NCBI RefSeq assembly: GCF_006345805.1
Contig: NC_042998.1
Location: forward strand, 60,388,001-60,452,000
DNA length: 64,000 nt
Source: Octopus sinensis
Lineage: Eukaryota
Direction of reading: 5' to 3'
A model generated the notes under the pieces. It saw nothing but the letters and a program-made list of their open reading frames with translations, was not told the DNA's origin and did not search any database. Both the position numbers and the translations under genes were made by a program. The stretch's first letter is position 1; the number at the start of each line of letters is the position of its first letter. Shown in pieces: positions 52,037-64,000 of this stretch.

Positions 52037-54652
52037 TTTGTGGTTTGTAGTTTTATCATTAGCATCATGTCCAATGTTGTTTATTTTGACATCATACTAC
52101 TATGTTAAAACAAGAACAAGCAGCGATATAGCATTTTTACCATTTTCACATTCTCTTCTTCATGTGGTACATGGTTAGCTGACCTGTTCAATCAAACAAT
52201 ATTTAATTCTGTCTAAGATAACTTTTTATCCTTTGAACTATATTTCGAAGACATGTGCTGTCTGTTTTCCTTAAAATTTGATCAAATTACTTAATCAATT
52301 ACTGAATTACTTTGGAATAAACTAATTTGCTAAGCTAAAGAGCTGTAAATGCATTCTTGTAATGGCTTTCAATATTTAGCTATTCACTGTATTGTGTGAT
52401 ATCTCATTTTATCTCTATTTCTAGTTAAATACATTGATTTCTTTTGTTAAGACATAAAGCCTAATGCTCATAGAAAAAAATCATATAGTCAACTGAATCA
52501 ATTTCTTCATATCACTGGTAATTATTATCACATGATAAAAGGAAGATAAAAGAAAAAAATCTAATGAAATTGTTAATGCTTAGAATGAAAGGGATTAATT
52601 CTTGTTAATTTCCACATTAACCATTTCTGCTTAATATCTTATTTCTCCCTTTGCTTACTTAATTAAATCATTCCTACTTGGCTAATTATGTTAAATCTCA
52701 GGTTTCTGGAAAATAGCTAAATGAAGAAGCTATTAAGTCTTGTTAAACGTTGTTTTTTAAATAAGAGTTGATGAAATAATATTCTTGTTGCTTTTGTTTA
52801 ACCCCAAGTCAATTCTGATTTAAGAGACCTATGTTCAAAAGTATTCTAGCTTCGACAATATCATAATTTTAGAGCTATCTACGACTACATTGTTGGATGT
52901 GTCCTTTCTATTTTTAAGACATCATCTTCATCAATATCATTTGATGTTCATCTTCCTTGCTGGCATTGGTTGGACAGTTTAACAAAATACAATGACTCTA
53001 AGGACTGCATCTTGCTCCAATGCCTGCTTTGACATGGGTTCTATTGTTGGCTGCTCTTCTAAATGCTAACCACTTTAAAGAGTCTACTGAATACTTTTTT
53101 TTTCCTGTGGGCCCAGCACAAATGAGGTTTCCATACAGCTTGCAAGACTAAGCTCCCCATCAACTGAGTAGGTCTTCAGGAGAGTGGTAGCTGTTTTATA
53201 ATAGAGATGAGAAGTTAAAAGAAGAGACCTGAACAGAACAGGATTCTTGCTATAGAGAAATACATTTAAAGATTTTATTGCTGTCTATGACAGGTAGAGC
53301 AGAGGTGGGAAAACCTTTTAGGTTTTAGAGTGAATTTTAAGTGTGTAAGGACTTTTTATGGTGCTGCATCTGTGCAGAGAATATTATTGAATATTTAATT
53401 GAATAAATTCATTGGTATGCAATTTGATATTCAAATACTTTTGGTCAAATTTTTGCCTATGGAAATTTTAAAGATTTCATCTGTAGGTAATTTTAAAATT
53501 TGAATGCAGATGAAATATGGTTAAAATAAGTTTGGTCCCAGTGAGAGGTCCATTGAGCCTCATGAGTGAATACGGTGAATGGGAACCAAAAAGAAATCTC
53601 ATGTGCATATCATCATCATCATCATCGTTTAATGTCTGTTTTCCGTGCTAGCACAGGTTGGATGGTTTGACCGGGGTCTGGGAAGCCAGGAGGCTGCACC
53701 AGGCCCCCGTCTGATCTGGCAGTGTTTCTACAGCTGGATACCCTTCCTAACGCCAACCACTCCGTGAGTGTAATGTGTGCGTGTGTGTTTCCTTGTCTTG
53801 ACATTATATACTAATTGTAAACACACAACACTGGAATACAAAGTGTTGTTTGTCTACAATCTTCCTTGGAAATACATCCAGCCTAGAGGAAAATGTTACA
53901 CACTGCTTGGAAACAGGTGAGGGTCAGCAACAGGAAGAGCATCCTGCTGTAGAAATAAATAAATGTTGTCTGACACGTGGAAAGGTGGATGATGATAATG
54001 AAAAACTATAATGATGAAGACAACACTGGTGGTTGCAGTAGCATTGGTGATGGTGGAAGGGGGTGTCATGGTGGTGGTGGTGGTGGTGGTGGTGGTGGCA
54101 TGGTGGTGACATGGTGTTGATTGGGGGGGGTGTAGTTGGGGTGATGATGGGGGATGACAACAGTGGCACTTTGCCACCTCTTGTAAAGAGGTACCATGCA
54201 ATTGGCTCATAAATAAAATAGTTAAGCAATGGTTGTTGAATCTAGAGTTGAATTTTGGGTAGATATTGAAGAGTGTTGATAACAAGACCATAACACCAAT
54301 TATAAACACCTGGCACTCTCCCACTTGCAGTCCAGAACATTAGCATATATCAATATTACTGCAAAGCAAATATACAATGAACTTATTTGTTTCATTTGTC
54401 TTGTCTTTAGAAAAGTTACATAACATATGTATGATGATAAGTGATGAGAAAATGCATGTGGCATTAGCTCCATTTATACATTCTTGCTGAATACATTTAA
54501 TAACGTATTAATTATGTTCCATCCAGTGGATATCTTAACAAAGCATTCTAGTATTCTTCAAAAATGAGTATAGCATTAGCATGGTGGATTGCTGTTGTTG
54601 CTGTTTAGATCTGTCAAAAACCAGACTCTGACCAATGATCAGAGGCACTCAG

Positions 54653-55310
54653 AAGTTACTATCTTTATTTCTATCAACTTCACTGGTGATAATAACTTGA
54701 GTCACAAATTGTAATATTTTACAAAAATAGTATTATTTTTAAAGGTGTCATATGACATAACATAATAAATGGATTACTGTATTTAGTTTCACCTCACTGG
54801 CAATAATAACTTGAGTCATAAATTGTATTATTTTACTAACATGGTATTTTTTAGGGTGTTTTATAATATAACATAATACATGAGTTACAGTATTTAGTTT
54901 CATCTCACTGACAATAATAACTTAAGTCACAGTTTGTATTATTCTATTAAAATAGTATTATTGTTAAGGATGGCAGATACTGTAATTGATGGCATATAAC
55001 ACACACTGTTTTCAAAAATTCATTGGGTCCTAAAAATAAATTTGGGCATCCCGTAAGCTATTTTTGTCCCTGAAACACTCATTTTTCTTGAATGTGTGCT
55101 GCTGAGATTGCAGTGTATCTAATATGCTTCTGCACCTTTTATGCTATCAAATACAATATGTAAGAAGAGAGTTACAGTATTTAGCTTTATTTCACCAGCA
55201 ATAATAGCTCGTGTCATAAATTGTATTATTGCACTAAAATGGTATTATTTTTAAGGGTGTCACAATAAAAGATAGATAATGAGAGAATTGCAGTATTTAA
55301 CTTCATCTCT
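54653..55310. repeat. ~115-bp tandem array interrupted by a pogo-like MITE (54978-55158)
   Basis: Units AGTTACAGTATTTAG..CACTGGCAATAATAACTTGAGTCATAAATTGTATTATT at ~54653, 54772, 54883, 55170 and 55285. Confidence 0.75.
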
Positions 55311-56245
55311 ATGTTCTAAGTTCAAATCCCACTTGAGAGTTAGAATTCAGAAGGGTAACTTTGATTTTCATCTTTCAGTGCTTGATAAAATAAAAATCAA
55401 TGATATATCTAAGATCCATGTAATTATTTATCACCCAATGCACTAATTACTTTGATCAATCTTTCCTTCCCAGAATATTACCTTTCTAAACATGTTTCCC
55501 ACCTCAACCCATGATGTTTTTTTTTAAAAAAACTCCAACTGAACATTGAATGCATTAATTCTATCCATATGTTCTTATCCATCAGTTTAAGAGGGTTTAG
55601 ATAAATGATGGACCCAGTCTTGCCTCCGCTGCTTCTTATTATCATTGTTATCATTTTAAGATTCACTTTTCCATGCTCAAGTGGTTCACATGCAATTTTG
55701 TTGAGGCAGGTTTCCTCCTGTAAGATGCCTTTCCTGTTGCCACCGCTGACCTGTTTCTGAGCAAAGTAATATTTCCCCATAGCCAGACATGTTTTCAATG
55801 GAAGATTGGAAATGGACACCACTTGTGAAACACCTTGCCTTAACCATCATGCAATATCCGTAAACAAACAAAACTATCATTTACAGCTATTGCATGATGT
55901 TAAGACCAAACACACACACACACACATATATATATACACATACACATGCACACAAACATACACACATATTTGACAGGTTTCTTTCAACTTCTGTCTACCA
56001 AAACCACTCATGAGGCTTTGGTTGGCCCAGGGCTATAGTAAAAGACACTTACCAAGGTATGATTCAGTGAGACTGAACCTGAAACTACATGTTTGAGAAG
56101 CAAGCATCTTAACCACACAGCTATGCCTGTGCCTTATAGACATGCCTGCATCTTTCATCCGTGCCTGTGCTTCAAATTGAATTATTAAAATAAAATATTA
56201 ATATTTTCTCATCTACAAAGAGTTGTCATGAATCTGGCTGAGGTA

Positions 56246-57148
56246 CGAAGCAGTATCAAATGGTTCCTGGACAAGTTATGTTTCATAAAAGAATAACGTA
56301 TTTACCTTAGTTTTAGCATTATCTCTTTCGAAATAGTCACCTTGCACTGCAATACACTGGTCCCAGTGTTCCTGCCACTTTTGGAATCTAGCCTGGAAGT
56401 CATTTTCCATATGCAAGTTGAGGACCTTCTGTGATTCACTCTGGATCTCAACAACAGTGTTAAAATGGCAACCTTTGAGCTGCATTTTCATCTTGGGGAA
56501 GAGACAGAAGCCTGCAGGTACTAAATCTGATGACTAGGGCAGGTGCAGAAGTAATACCATGTTGTGTTTGGCAAGAAACTCATGAGTGAGTGGAGCTCTG
56601 TGACAGAGTGCATTATCATCATGAAGAATCCAATTGTCAATGCTCCACAGATTCATTGAATATCCTTCTTCAAATGCTTCAAAACATCATACTAGAACTC
56701 TCAAATGATGGTCTGGCCCTGGGGTGATGAATTCTCAATGCACAATACCCCAATTCCAGGGGTGACACTCGTGGCAGGTCTTCCAGATCTCTCATTATCT
56801 TTCAGGGACATTCTTGAAGTGTCGATGCCACTCAAAACAGTGCATACAACCCATTGCTTTGTCACTGTAAGCTTGCTGAAGCATGCTCAATGTCTTTGTA
56901 GCAGACTTCCCGAGTTTAACACAAAATTTCATGTTGGCTCTTTGTTCCTGTCCATGGCAAAATCACAGATTCTAGCATACACATGATCACAAAAACACAA
57001 ATTGCACGACTTGCAAGGTACACACAATGATGTTACTCAGTACACTGCCTCTAAAGATCACTGTTAGCTCTCACTGCACATGCAACCCTGTGCTATCATC
57101 TGTTGGCTAGCTATAGAACTAGTCCACAAACATTTTGATACCACCTTG
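56246..57148 (-). mobile_element. Internally deleted mariner
   Basis: TA-flanked imperfect TIRs (CGAAGCAGTATCAAATGGTTCCTGGAC / GTCCACAAACATTTTGATACCACCTTG); C-terminal peptide ..LKGCHF..WQEHWDQCIAVQGDYFE. Confidence 0.85.
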
Positions 57149-57206
57149 TAAATAAAAGAATTTAATTGTAAAAAAAATAATCTTTCTATTTATATTTTCT
57201 TTTCAG

Positions 57207-57484
57207 AAAAAATGCTGTTTTATGACCCTTCTTTAGCTCTATATTGCATATTTCAATCTTACACCCCATACCAGTATCGACTGGTGGGTCCTGGAAAATG
57301 GGATGGAGCAAAGGAAGCTCTCTATGGAATTTGGGACAGAACCCTAACAGCAATTTCACAAAAGTCTGTACATACTGAGAGTGGTGGAATGACACAGAGT
57401 GGTGGAATGACACAGATGTTATTGAAGGCATTTTGTTTCCTTGGTTTGGTCTTCATTTTAAACTGGATGTTCCAATTTTTTTAA
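57207..57484 (+). CDS. FMO: FMO coding exon 5 (terminal)
   Basis: Acceptor TTTTCTTTTCAG|, phase matches exon 4; DPSLA..TPYQYRLVGPGKWDGAKEA; hydrophobic C-terminal anchor; TAA stop; spliced CDS 1629 nt = 542 aa. Confidence 0.95.
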
Positions 57485-57605
57485 ATATGCTGTTGGCTGT
57501 ATGTTTTTGATGCTAGATTGACAACACCTATCACAAGTTCAAACTTAATCATTACTTGTACTATGCATATTACTTTCATTTTGTGTGTGATATCTTGGGA
57601 GGATC

Positions 57606-57860
57606 ATTATTTGTCAATTAGTTAACTATTTAGCCAATTAACTAATGTTAGTTAGGTTTGTCAAAGTCCTTTCATCACCATTTGCAACCTCATCAATGAC
57701 ATTCCTAGATCTGGAGCAGTGGGGGTTTGTCATTGATGGGCTACAAATGGTACCAAAAAGACTTCAACAGACCTTGCCGATTGATTGATTGGTTAACAGA
57801 ATGTTTAATTAAATTATTGATTAATTAATTGGTTAAATGGTTAGCCAGTTGACTAATAAT
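57606..57860. repeat. Long imperfect inverted repeat (fold-back) just 3' of the FMO stop
   Basis: Outer arms 57606-57646 / ~57820-57860; inner arms ~57654-57701 / 57728-57774. Confidence 0.75.
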
Positions 57861-57868
57861 AATAGAAG

Positions 57869-57874
57869 AATAAA
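57869..57874 (+). promoter_or_regulatory. Candidate polyadenylation signal
   Basis: First AATAAA after the stop; others at 58320 and 58355. The one actually used cannot be determined. Confidence 0.3.
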
Positions 57875-59601
57875 ATAGAACCGGTGTGTTTATTATTGGT
57901 ATACTGACCCTCCTGAAAATACATTTCAACATACAGTTGTCATCAAGAACAAAAACAAAACATATCGCTTTCTCATTCCTGATTTATGATTATCCCAGCT
58001 GAAATATAGGCTCTATTATCTTTTATTCCATAACTGAGTATTTGTCCATCTCATAAGCAATCAATTCAGATTTCCAAATTTGTAAAGACATCTGATTTTA
58101 ATTCCCATACAAATACATATAAAAATATTTTTTATAACTTAAAATTTGGATTCATTCAACCAATGAAATCTCAGTATAAATTATATGTATAAAAATGTTA
58201 AAACAGTTTGGTAAATAATCTGATCAATACTTATATTTACACCACGTGTATAATATATACTGATTCAGTTAATACACTTTCATTAATCAATAAGGTGATT
58301 AATGCTACCTTTTTGTTTCAATAAACAGGCTGTAGCAGCATTCATACAATTCCTAATAAATAACATTAGAGATATAAATGAAGTAAAACAGTTTTAGCTG
58401 AAAATGGAAGTCAGATTAAAAACTCCACCTATCAGCAATATATTTTCATTTATATTTCATTTATATTCAGAAATAGAAAACAGAGTTATGAGCTGCTTCC
58501 AGAGTTGTAAAATTATAGGTTTTGGAAATTATGATGCTTGATTTGAGCCTATGGTTCACTTGTTGAATATCTGTTGGTGACTTTTACTACGTATTCAACT
58601 TGAAATGTTCTTGACTGTTAGATATAAAGAACAGTTTATCATACTGCTGAAAATAATAACAATTTTGATAATGATATATGATAATGTGATAATTACTATG
58701 AAGATTGAAATGATGTATAAATGATATGATAATTTCTATGTAAATTTTGATGATTTATATTCTTTTAAAAAACATTATGCTGGAAAAGATATTTGCTCTT
58801 TAATTATTTTTAAATATGTATTTATGAAAATTTTGAGATGGAATCTGCTTTAATTACTATTTTTTTAGATTCATCACTTTACATTCTGTGTTCAAATCAT
58901 GTTAAAATAAACTTTACTTTTTTTTTACGTTTTATTAATTCTCTGGGACAAATGAAGTTGATTATATCACATCATTCCCAAAAGAATTTTACTTTTCTTT
59001 TAGTAAAAAAAATTCAATGTATTGTCAAAAATAATTAAATAATGAAATATTTCACATAATAAAAAAAAAAATTGAAAGAAATAAATTTTAATGACATTTT
59101 ATTTTCTCTATGTGTGTAGTTGTTGTTATTTAACTCCCAAGTCCCCAGTTCACAATGTAATGACGAATATATCATAAGCTAATTCAAAGTACCATATCTT
59201 CCATCAGATTACAATGATAATTGTCAGGAATTTGAACTCATAACGCAAGAAACTAGAAAAAATTACTACAAACCCCTTCATCTGTGGCTTTAAAAACGTC
59301 CTGAATATGTACTTTATCGACCTTGTAGAAGACAAGTCGACTTCAGTGGGATCTGAACACAGAGTGCAGAGAACCAAGACAAGCACTGTAACACATTTCT
59401 TTCCGACACTCTAATGTTTGTCAATTCGCTGCCTTACATTAGTATATGAAACTAACAGCCCCCGTCCACTCTCCATCCAATAACCCTCGTAACACCTAAG
59501 TGAGAAAAACAACATATGACTTTGCCGACCGTTTCACTTTTATTTACATATTAACTGTCTTTCCTCTTTACCTTCGCCCTCTCTCTCTTTCATTATGCAT
59601 A

Positions 59602-61155
59602 CTGGGTTGGCCAAAACAAACCGTTACCTTTTGGGATCTTTTCGGTTTGAATGGCAGTTTTTAACATAATTTCTAGGTAATTAAAAAATTTTAAACTTCG
59701 TATACTGGTAGAATGTGTTTATAAGCCATTTTTTTCTCTTGGCTTTATTGAGAAAATTCTATAGTTTGTAAGATATTTGTTGTTTTTTTTCTTCAATTTC
59801 TGCAATTTCAACCAATCAAATACGTCTATTGAGTTAAAAAAGCATTCTGTGCCGTATGAATATGTCCCTCATTTAAGAAACAGATTGGGTTTATTTACAT
59901 TTGTGAAGAAAAAAAGATACCCTTCCCCCCACCCCTAACCCTAACCCTAAAAGAGATTGAAATGCAATAGATCGATTCTAGGGTTATAATTATGGGTAAC
60001 AATTTCATATGACACCGCTAGAAAAAACTGCCGTTCAAACCGAAAAGATCCCCTTTTTTCTTACTTTTGCACATTCGTACTCGTTAGAAACAACACTAAG
60101 GTAGTTCGACACGACAGGTTGTAGTTTGTGTGATTGAGAGCATCCTGAAAATGGAGAACCAAAATGAACATTATCGACACGTCATGCTTTTTTTTAAAAT
60201 TATTTTACGATGTACAGAAACGATGCTATTATGGACCGTGTGTGTCAGAAGGGTGTTCCGGATTTCAATCGGGAGACTTTTCCGCTTTAGATGCACCTCT
60301 CTCTGGTCGGTCAACTGAGATTAACAGCGACAGAGTGAACGAGTTAGCTGAGGCTAAACCCCATTATATGACTAGGATTATTGCAGAAATTTTCCAAATA
60401 CCCATCTGCATCAACTTGGTTACGTCAATAAGCTCCATGTTTTAGTCCCACTCCAGTTGTCCGATGAGAACACTGCCCAATGAATGTCCATCTACGATGC
60501 ACGTAGAAAGCGATCCTTTTCTCCTTTTTTTAAAGAGAATGCCGACAGGGAACGGAAAATGGATCGGCTATAACAATGTGAAGCATAAACGACTCAGAGG
60601 GAAGCGTGGCGAACCACCATAAACAGCCTGCAAGGCAGGATTTTACCTAAAGAAGATTATGCTTTCAATTTGGTGGGATTGCAAGGGTATTGTCTTTTAC
60701 GAATTCCTTCCCACAAACAGGATCATCAGTTCGGATACACACTGTGACCAGCCGAATAAATTAAACGCAGCGGTCCATCTCAAGCGTTCAGAACTTGATA
60801 GTCGTAAAATCATTGTCTTTCATGTCGACAATATCAGACCGAAAACATTTTTGCTGAAGTAGCAGAAGTTACTTGAACTTAGCTTGGAGGTTTTGCACCA
60901 TCGACTTTACGCCTTCAGATTTTCACTTGTTTCGGTATTTTCAAAATTCATTAAATGGACAAGCCTTCAGCTCTGAAGAAGATGTAAAAATTCACCAGGA
61001 AGAGTTCTTCGCCAATAAAGACAGAGCATTCTGTGGGCAGAGAATAAATGGATCTGCCCAGAAGATACTGAAACTAAATGGCAATTACATCAATAATTAA
61101 ATAAATTGCTCTATGTTTAAAATCTGTCTAATTTTTCCTTAAAAAGTGAACGAAC
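59602..61155 (+). mobile_element. Decayed mariner interrupted by a MITE
   Basis: TA|CTGGGTTGGCCAAAA end; peptides MENQNEHYRHVM, MLSIWWDCKGIV, FHVDNIRP, PSDFHLFR. Confidence 0.85.
59634..60051 (-). mobile_element. Second copy of the TTAGGG-containing MITE
   Basis: Reverse complement of 12057-12467; (CCCTAA)3 at ~59933-59950; same TIRs; TSD imperfect (CCTTTT). Confidence 0.88.
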
Positions 61156-61325
61156 ATTCATTGAGATAATTTCAAACACAAAAAATCTCTTCTCATAATA
61201 ACAAACTGTTAAATATTAATACATTTACTAATACTAACATTAATTTAGCTAATACCATCCAACCCTCTAGAAATATTAATAACAAGGTTATTGTATCTGA
61301 AGTCAATTCCAATAGAATTAAGTTT

Positions 61326-61715
61326 ATGTCAAGTAACTCTAAGATTAGAAATTCTATATGCCAGTGTATAATCAGTACTCGTAATAAAGTACGATTTTAC
61401 ATTGGAAGCACATCGTTAGAGTTATCTAAAAGAATTTCTATCCATTACTCAACATTTAGGGATAGAAATAAACGGAATAGTACCGGTCTCAGCAAACTGA
61501 TTTGGAATTTAAAAGACCACAATGAACAATTTCATTTAGAATGGTTGATTCTCTCAATTTCGATACCATAGGACAAAGGCAAGAAATTCTGTCTTCTCTG
61601 CAATTCTGAGCTATTTTTCATTATTTTTTCTAAAACTACTCTAGTAAACACGGTTATAGAGCGAGCATACAGATGTAAGCATTGGCAAAAACATACATTT
61701 AGTGCATATAAGTAG
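61326..61715 (+). pseudogene. GIY-YIG endonuclease domain with one in-frame TAG
   Basis: SICQC..FYIG..KRISIH..TGLSKLIWNLK; after the TAG at 61569-61571 it continues DKGKKFCLLCNSELFFI..RCKHWQKHTFSAYK*, collinear with 19142-19531. Confidence 0.85.
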
Positions 61716-61901
61716 TCGCTATCATTATATATAATTTAAACTTTAATTTCCTTTATATTTAACATTCACTATTAATATCCCTACTCTTTCTGTTATATCA
61801 TATAACGTTTTTTTAAATAATATTAATAGCGTTCTGTCTATCGCTATACAAATCCATCATTTTTTGCTAAAATGTCTTATTGACAAGTTTCGTTTTTTTC
61901 C

Positions 61902-61985
61902 CTTTCCTGAGGAGAAGATTGCATTGTTTATACCATTTATTCTTTTGAATAGTATCAGTGGAATTTTCGAAACATGTGTCGAAAG
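61902..61985 (+). ncRNA. Type I hammerhead ribozyme
   Basis: CTTTC-CTGAGGA-GAAGATT...AATTTTC-GAAA-CATGTG-TC-GAAAG; perfect stem I; GUC site at 61978-61980. Confidence 0.82.
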
Positions 61986-62173
61986 TAAAAATATTTGATT
62001 ACACCTGCGTTAACTCCATTTTTTTATTCATATTATTAAAAATATTCAATGTAAACACGAAGTTTCTACCTTTATAAACAAGGAGTTACAACACCTTTAC
62101 TTGTGAGATTTTTGCTGCCCTGGTAACTATTTATTTATTTTCCGTGTTAATTGTTAACAAGGTAAAATACACT

Positions 62174-62224
<51 letters not shown>

Positions 62225-63517
62225 AATAAATAAAATATATGCATATATACATAAAATATATGTACGTACCTACCTCTACATGTATATATACATGCATATA
62301 TGGGTACAGGACACCAAAAAAACATCGAACACAATGAGAAACGAAAACATAAACACAAAACCAAAGAAATGGACATTTTTTTAAAACAACGAAAAAATAG
62401 AGTACAGGACATACAAAACAAAGAAAATTCCCCTTCTTCAGTCGCTTTAATTTCAACTAGTCCGAGGAGTTGAAAAGTAGAAATGAAATAATGTAATCCG
62501 TTAAGGAAAATATATACACATTCTCTGATTCAATACTTGTAGCAGTGAAATAAACGGTGTGATGTAGAGAACAAAAAGAGGATACTTTTCCAGAAAATTA
62601 CTTCTTATATAGGAAGCCAGCCAAGTCTAGAAATTAACGCAAAAAATACAGTAAGTCGAAAATATCTTATTGATGGATGCAAATACCTGGAGATATAATT
62701 TATTTCTTAAGGTTCCCTTCAATGCTGTGAAGTACCAAATTGCTCTAATCAGCAGTAGCAAGAAACTGCAGAGGGAACTAGCCAGAGATTTCATCACCTT
62801 CGTTCGTTCAGGACAGTAGCTCCGCTTGAAGAAAGTTTCTATGAACGATGAAAACTGGAACGAGTTTCGGAAGGTGACTGCAGATTTGTCAGGTTGTCAA
62901 AGAATCTTCCCCATTGCAGTTACGCAGAAACCAGATACTGAAGAAAAGAAAATGGCTAATCTTGTCGACGACTTCTTATGAAGATAACATGGACGCCACT
63001 TGACTGATACGAATATTTTGAGAAAGGTGAAGAGGCAAGCTGAAAAGTAGAACATAATCCAATCAAATTTGGATGCAGAGGATACCTTCGAAGCGGTATG
63101 AGACAATGGTTGTTGTCGATAGTCCTAACTTAGCCTAAAACAAATACGATCTTGAGTGATATTCAAGCTACATTTCAGTAGACAAGTCACTCTAATGTAG
63201 CTTGGTTAATAAGCTTGGATGTGGTTAAAAAGAAACGATGATCATTGGCTAGAAGAATGAGTGAAGCCGCTAACCTGTTGTAGCAAGTGATGCCTCATCT
63301 CAGTGAGGGTAACCGATGTGCAGCAATGCTGTCGAAGGGAAGGTCTCGAAACGGTGGGCATTCGTTTATCATGACCCTCTAAGTCTGTGAGTGTCCGATA
63401 TGCAGAACGTTCAACTAGTAGCTCTCGTATCTGCAATTTGTTTGTAACATTTAAATTTACAATATTTTCGGCTTCTGTTACTTTCGATGTTAATTTCTAA
63501 ACTCCGGCAACTTTCTA

Positions 63518-64000
63518 TTAGTTTGGCAACTAAGTTCCCGTCGTTTTTTTTAATTTAAATTTTTTTCAAGATTTAATGAAATATAACAACTAATTAATAA
63601 TGTTTCACCCTTGTTGTTTACAACTTCCCAACGTTCAACAAGATTTTTCAATACCTCGCTGGTAGAAATCATCCGATTTCGACTCGAAAAATTGATCCAA
63701 CCAAGCTCTCAATTCTGCATCGGTATTGAACGAAACTCTGCGTATAGCATTTGAAAGAGGTCGAAAGAGATGGAAATCCATTGTTGTCAAATCAAGAGAG
63801 AACGGCAGGTGTGCTAGCACTTCCCAGCCATGCGTTTGAATGGCTTCCTTTGTCATTTTGGCGATATGAGGGCAGGCGTTGTCGTGCAGCAGAAATCCAT
63901 GCTTCCGATTAGGTCTTTTCTCTTGAATAGCCGTGTTGAGTGGCTTCCTTTGTTGAACATAGAGTTCCGCGTTGACCGTTTGGTTCCGTTCAAGCAGTTC
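63518..64000 (-). mobile_element. mariner 3' part (runs off the window)
   Basis: LLHDNACPH and HLPFSLDLTTMDFHLF motifs; TA|TTAGTTTGGCAACTAAG end. Confidence 0.88.

Larger units (their letters stand above)
61165..62181 (+). mobile_element. Second 5'-truncated Penelope-like element (GIY-YIG plus HHR)
   Basis: Same layout as 18911-20251; ends in (TA)n. Confidence 0.85.

Noticed and set aside
61569-61571. In-frame stop in GIY-YIG as selenocysteine or readthrough
   Set aside because: The codon is TAG, not TGA, and aligns to Phe in the other copy; simple decay is more likely.
62300-62465. Minus-strand CTGAAGA in a pLTR-like repeat
   Set aside because: The GAAA and stem III half is not present, so no ribozyme can be called.

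Overview
AT-rich, microsatellite- and transposon-dense animal genomic DNA; the repeat landscape (RTE LINEs with (CAT)n tails, tRNA-derived SINEs, mariner/Tc1, Helitrons) is most consistent with a cephalopod such as Octopus, which is an inference. One host gene is well supported: a + strand flavin-containing monooxygenase (FMO5-like) with five coding exons (16271-16603, 39179-39478, 43165-43716, 51157-51322, 57207-57484). These splice in frame through GT-AG introns to 542 aa. Most of the rest is mobile DNA. The most notable hidden signal is a set of type I hammerhead ribozyme (HHR) motifs: six with intact or near-intact cores and several degenerate ones. Two lie downstream of Penelope-like GIY-YIG endonuclease ORFs. 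Two form a ~360-bp palindrome. Others sit in small non-coding units next to (TA)n, and one is linked to a head-to-head pair of tRNA-like heads (a possible tRNA-promoted retrozyme/SINE). Also present: head-to-tail Helitrons nested in a hAT element, a TTAGGG-containing MITE, R4/Dong-like fragments in microsatellites, and a long fold-back in the probable FMO 3' UTR. All folds and alignments were done by eye; repeat boundaries are approximate unless a TSD or TIR is cited.
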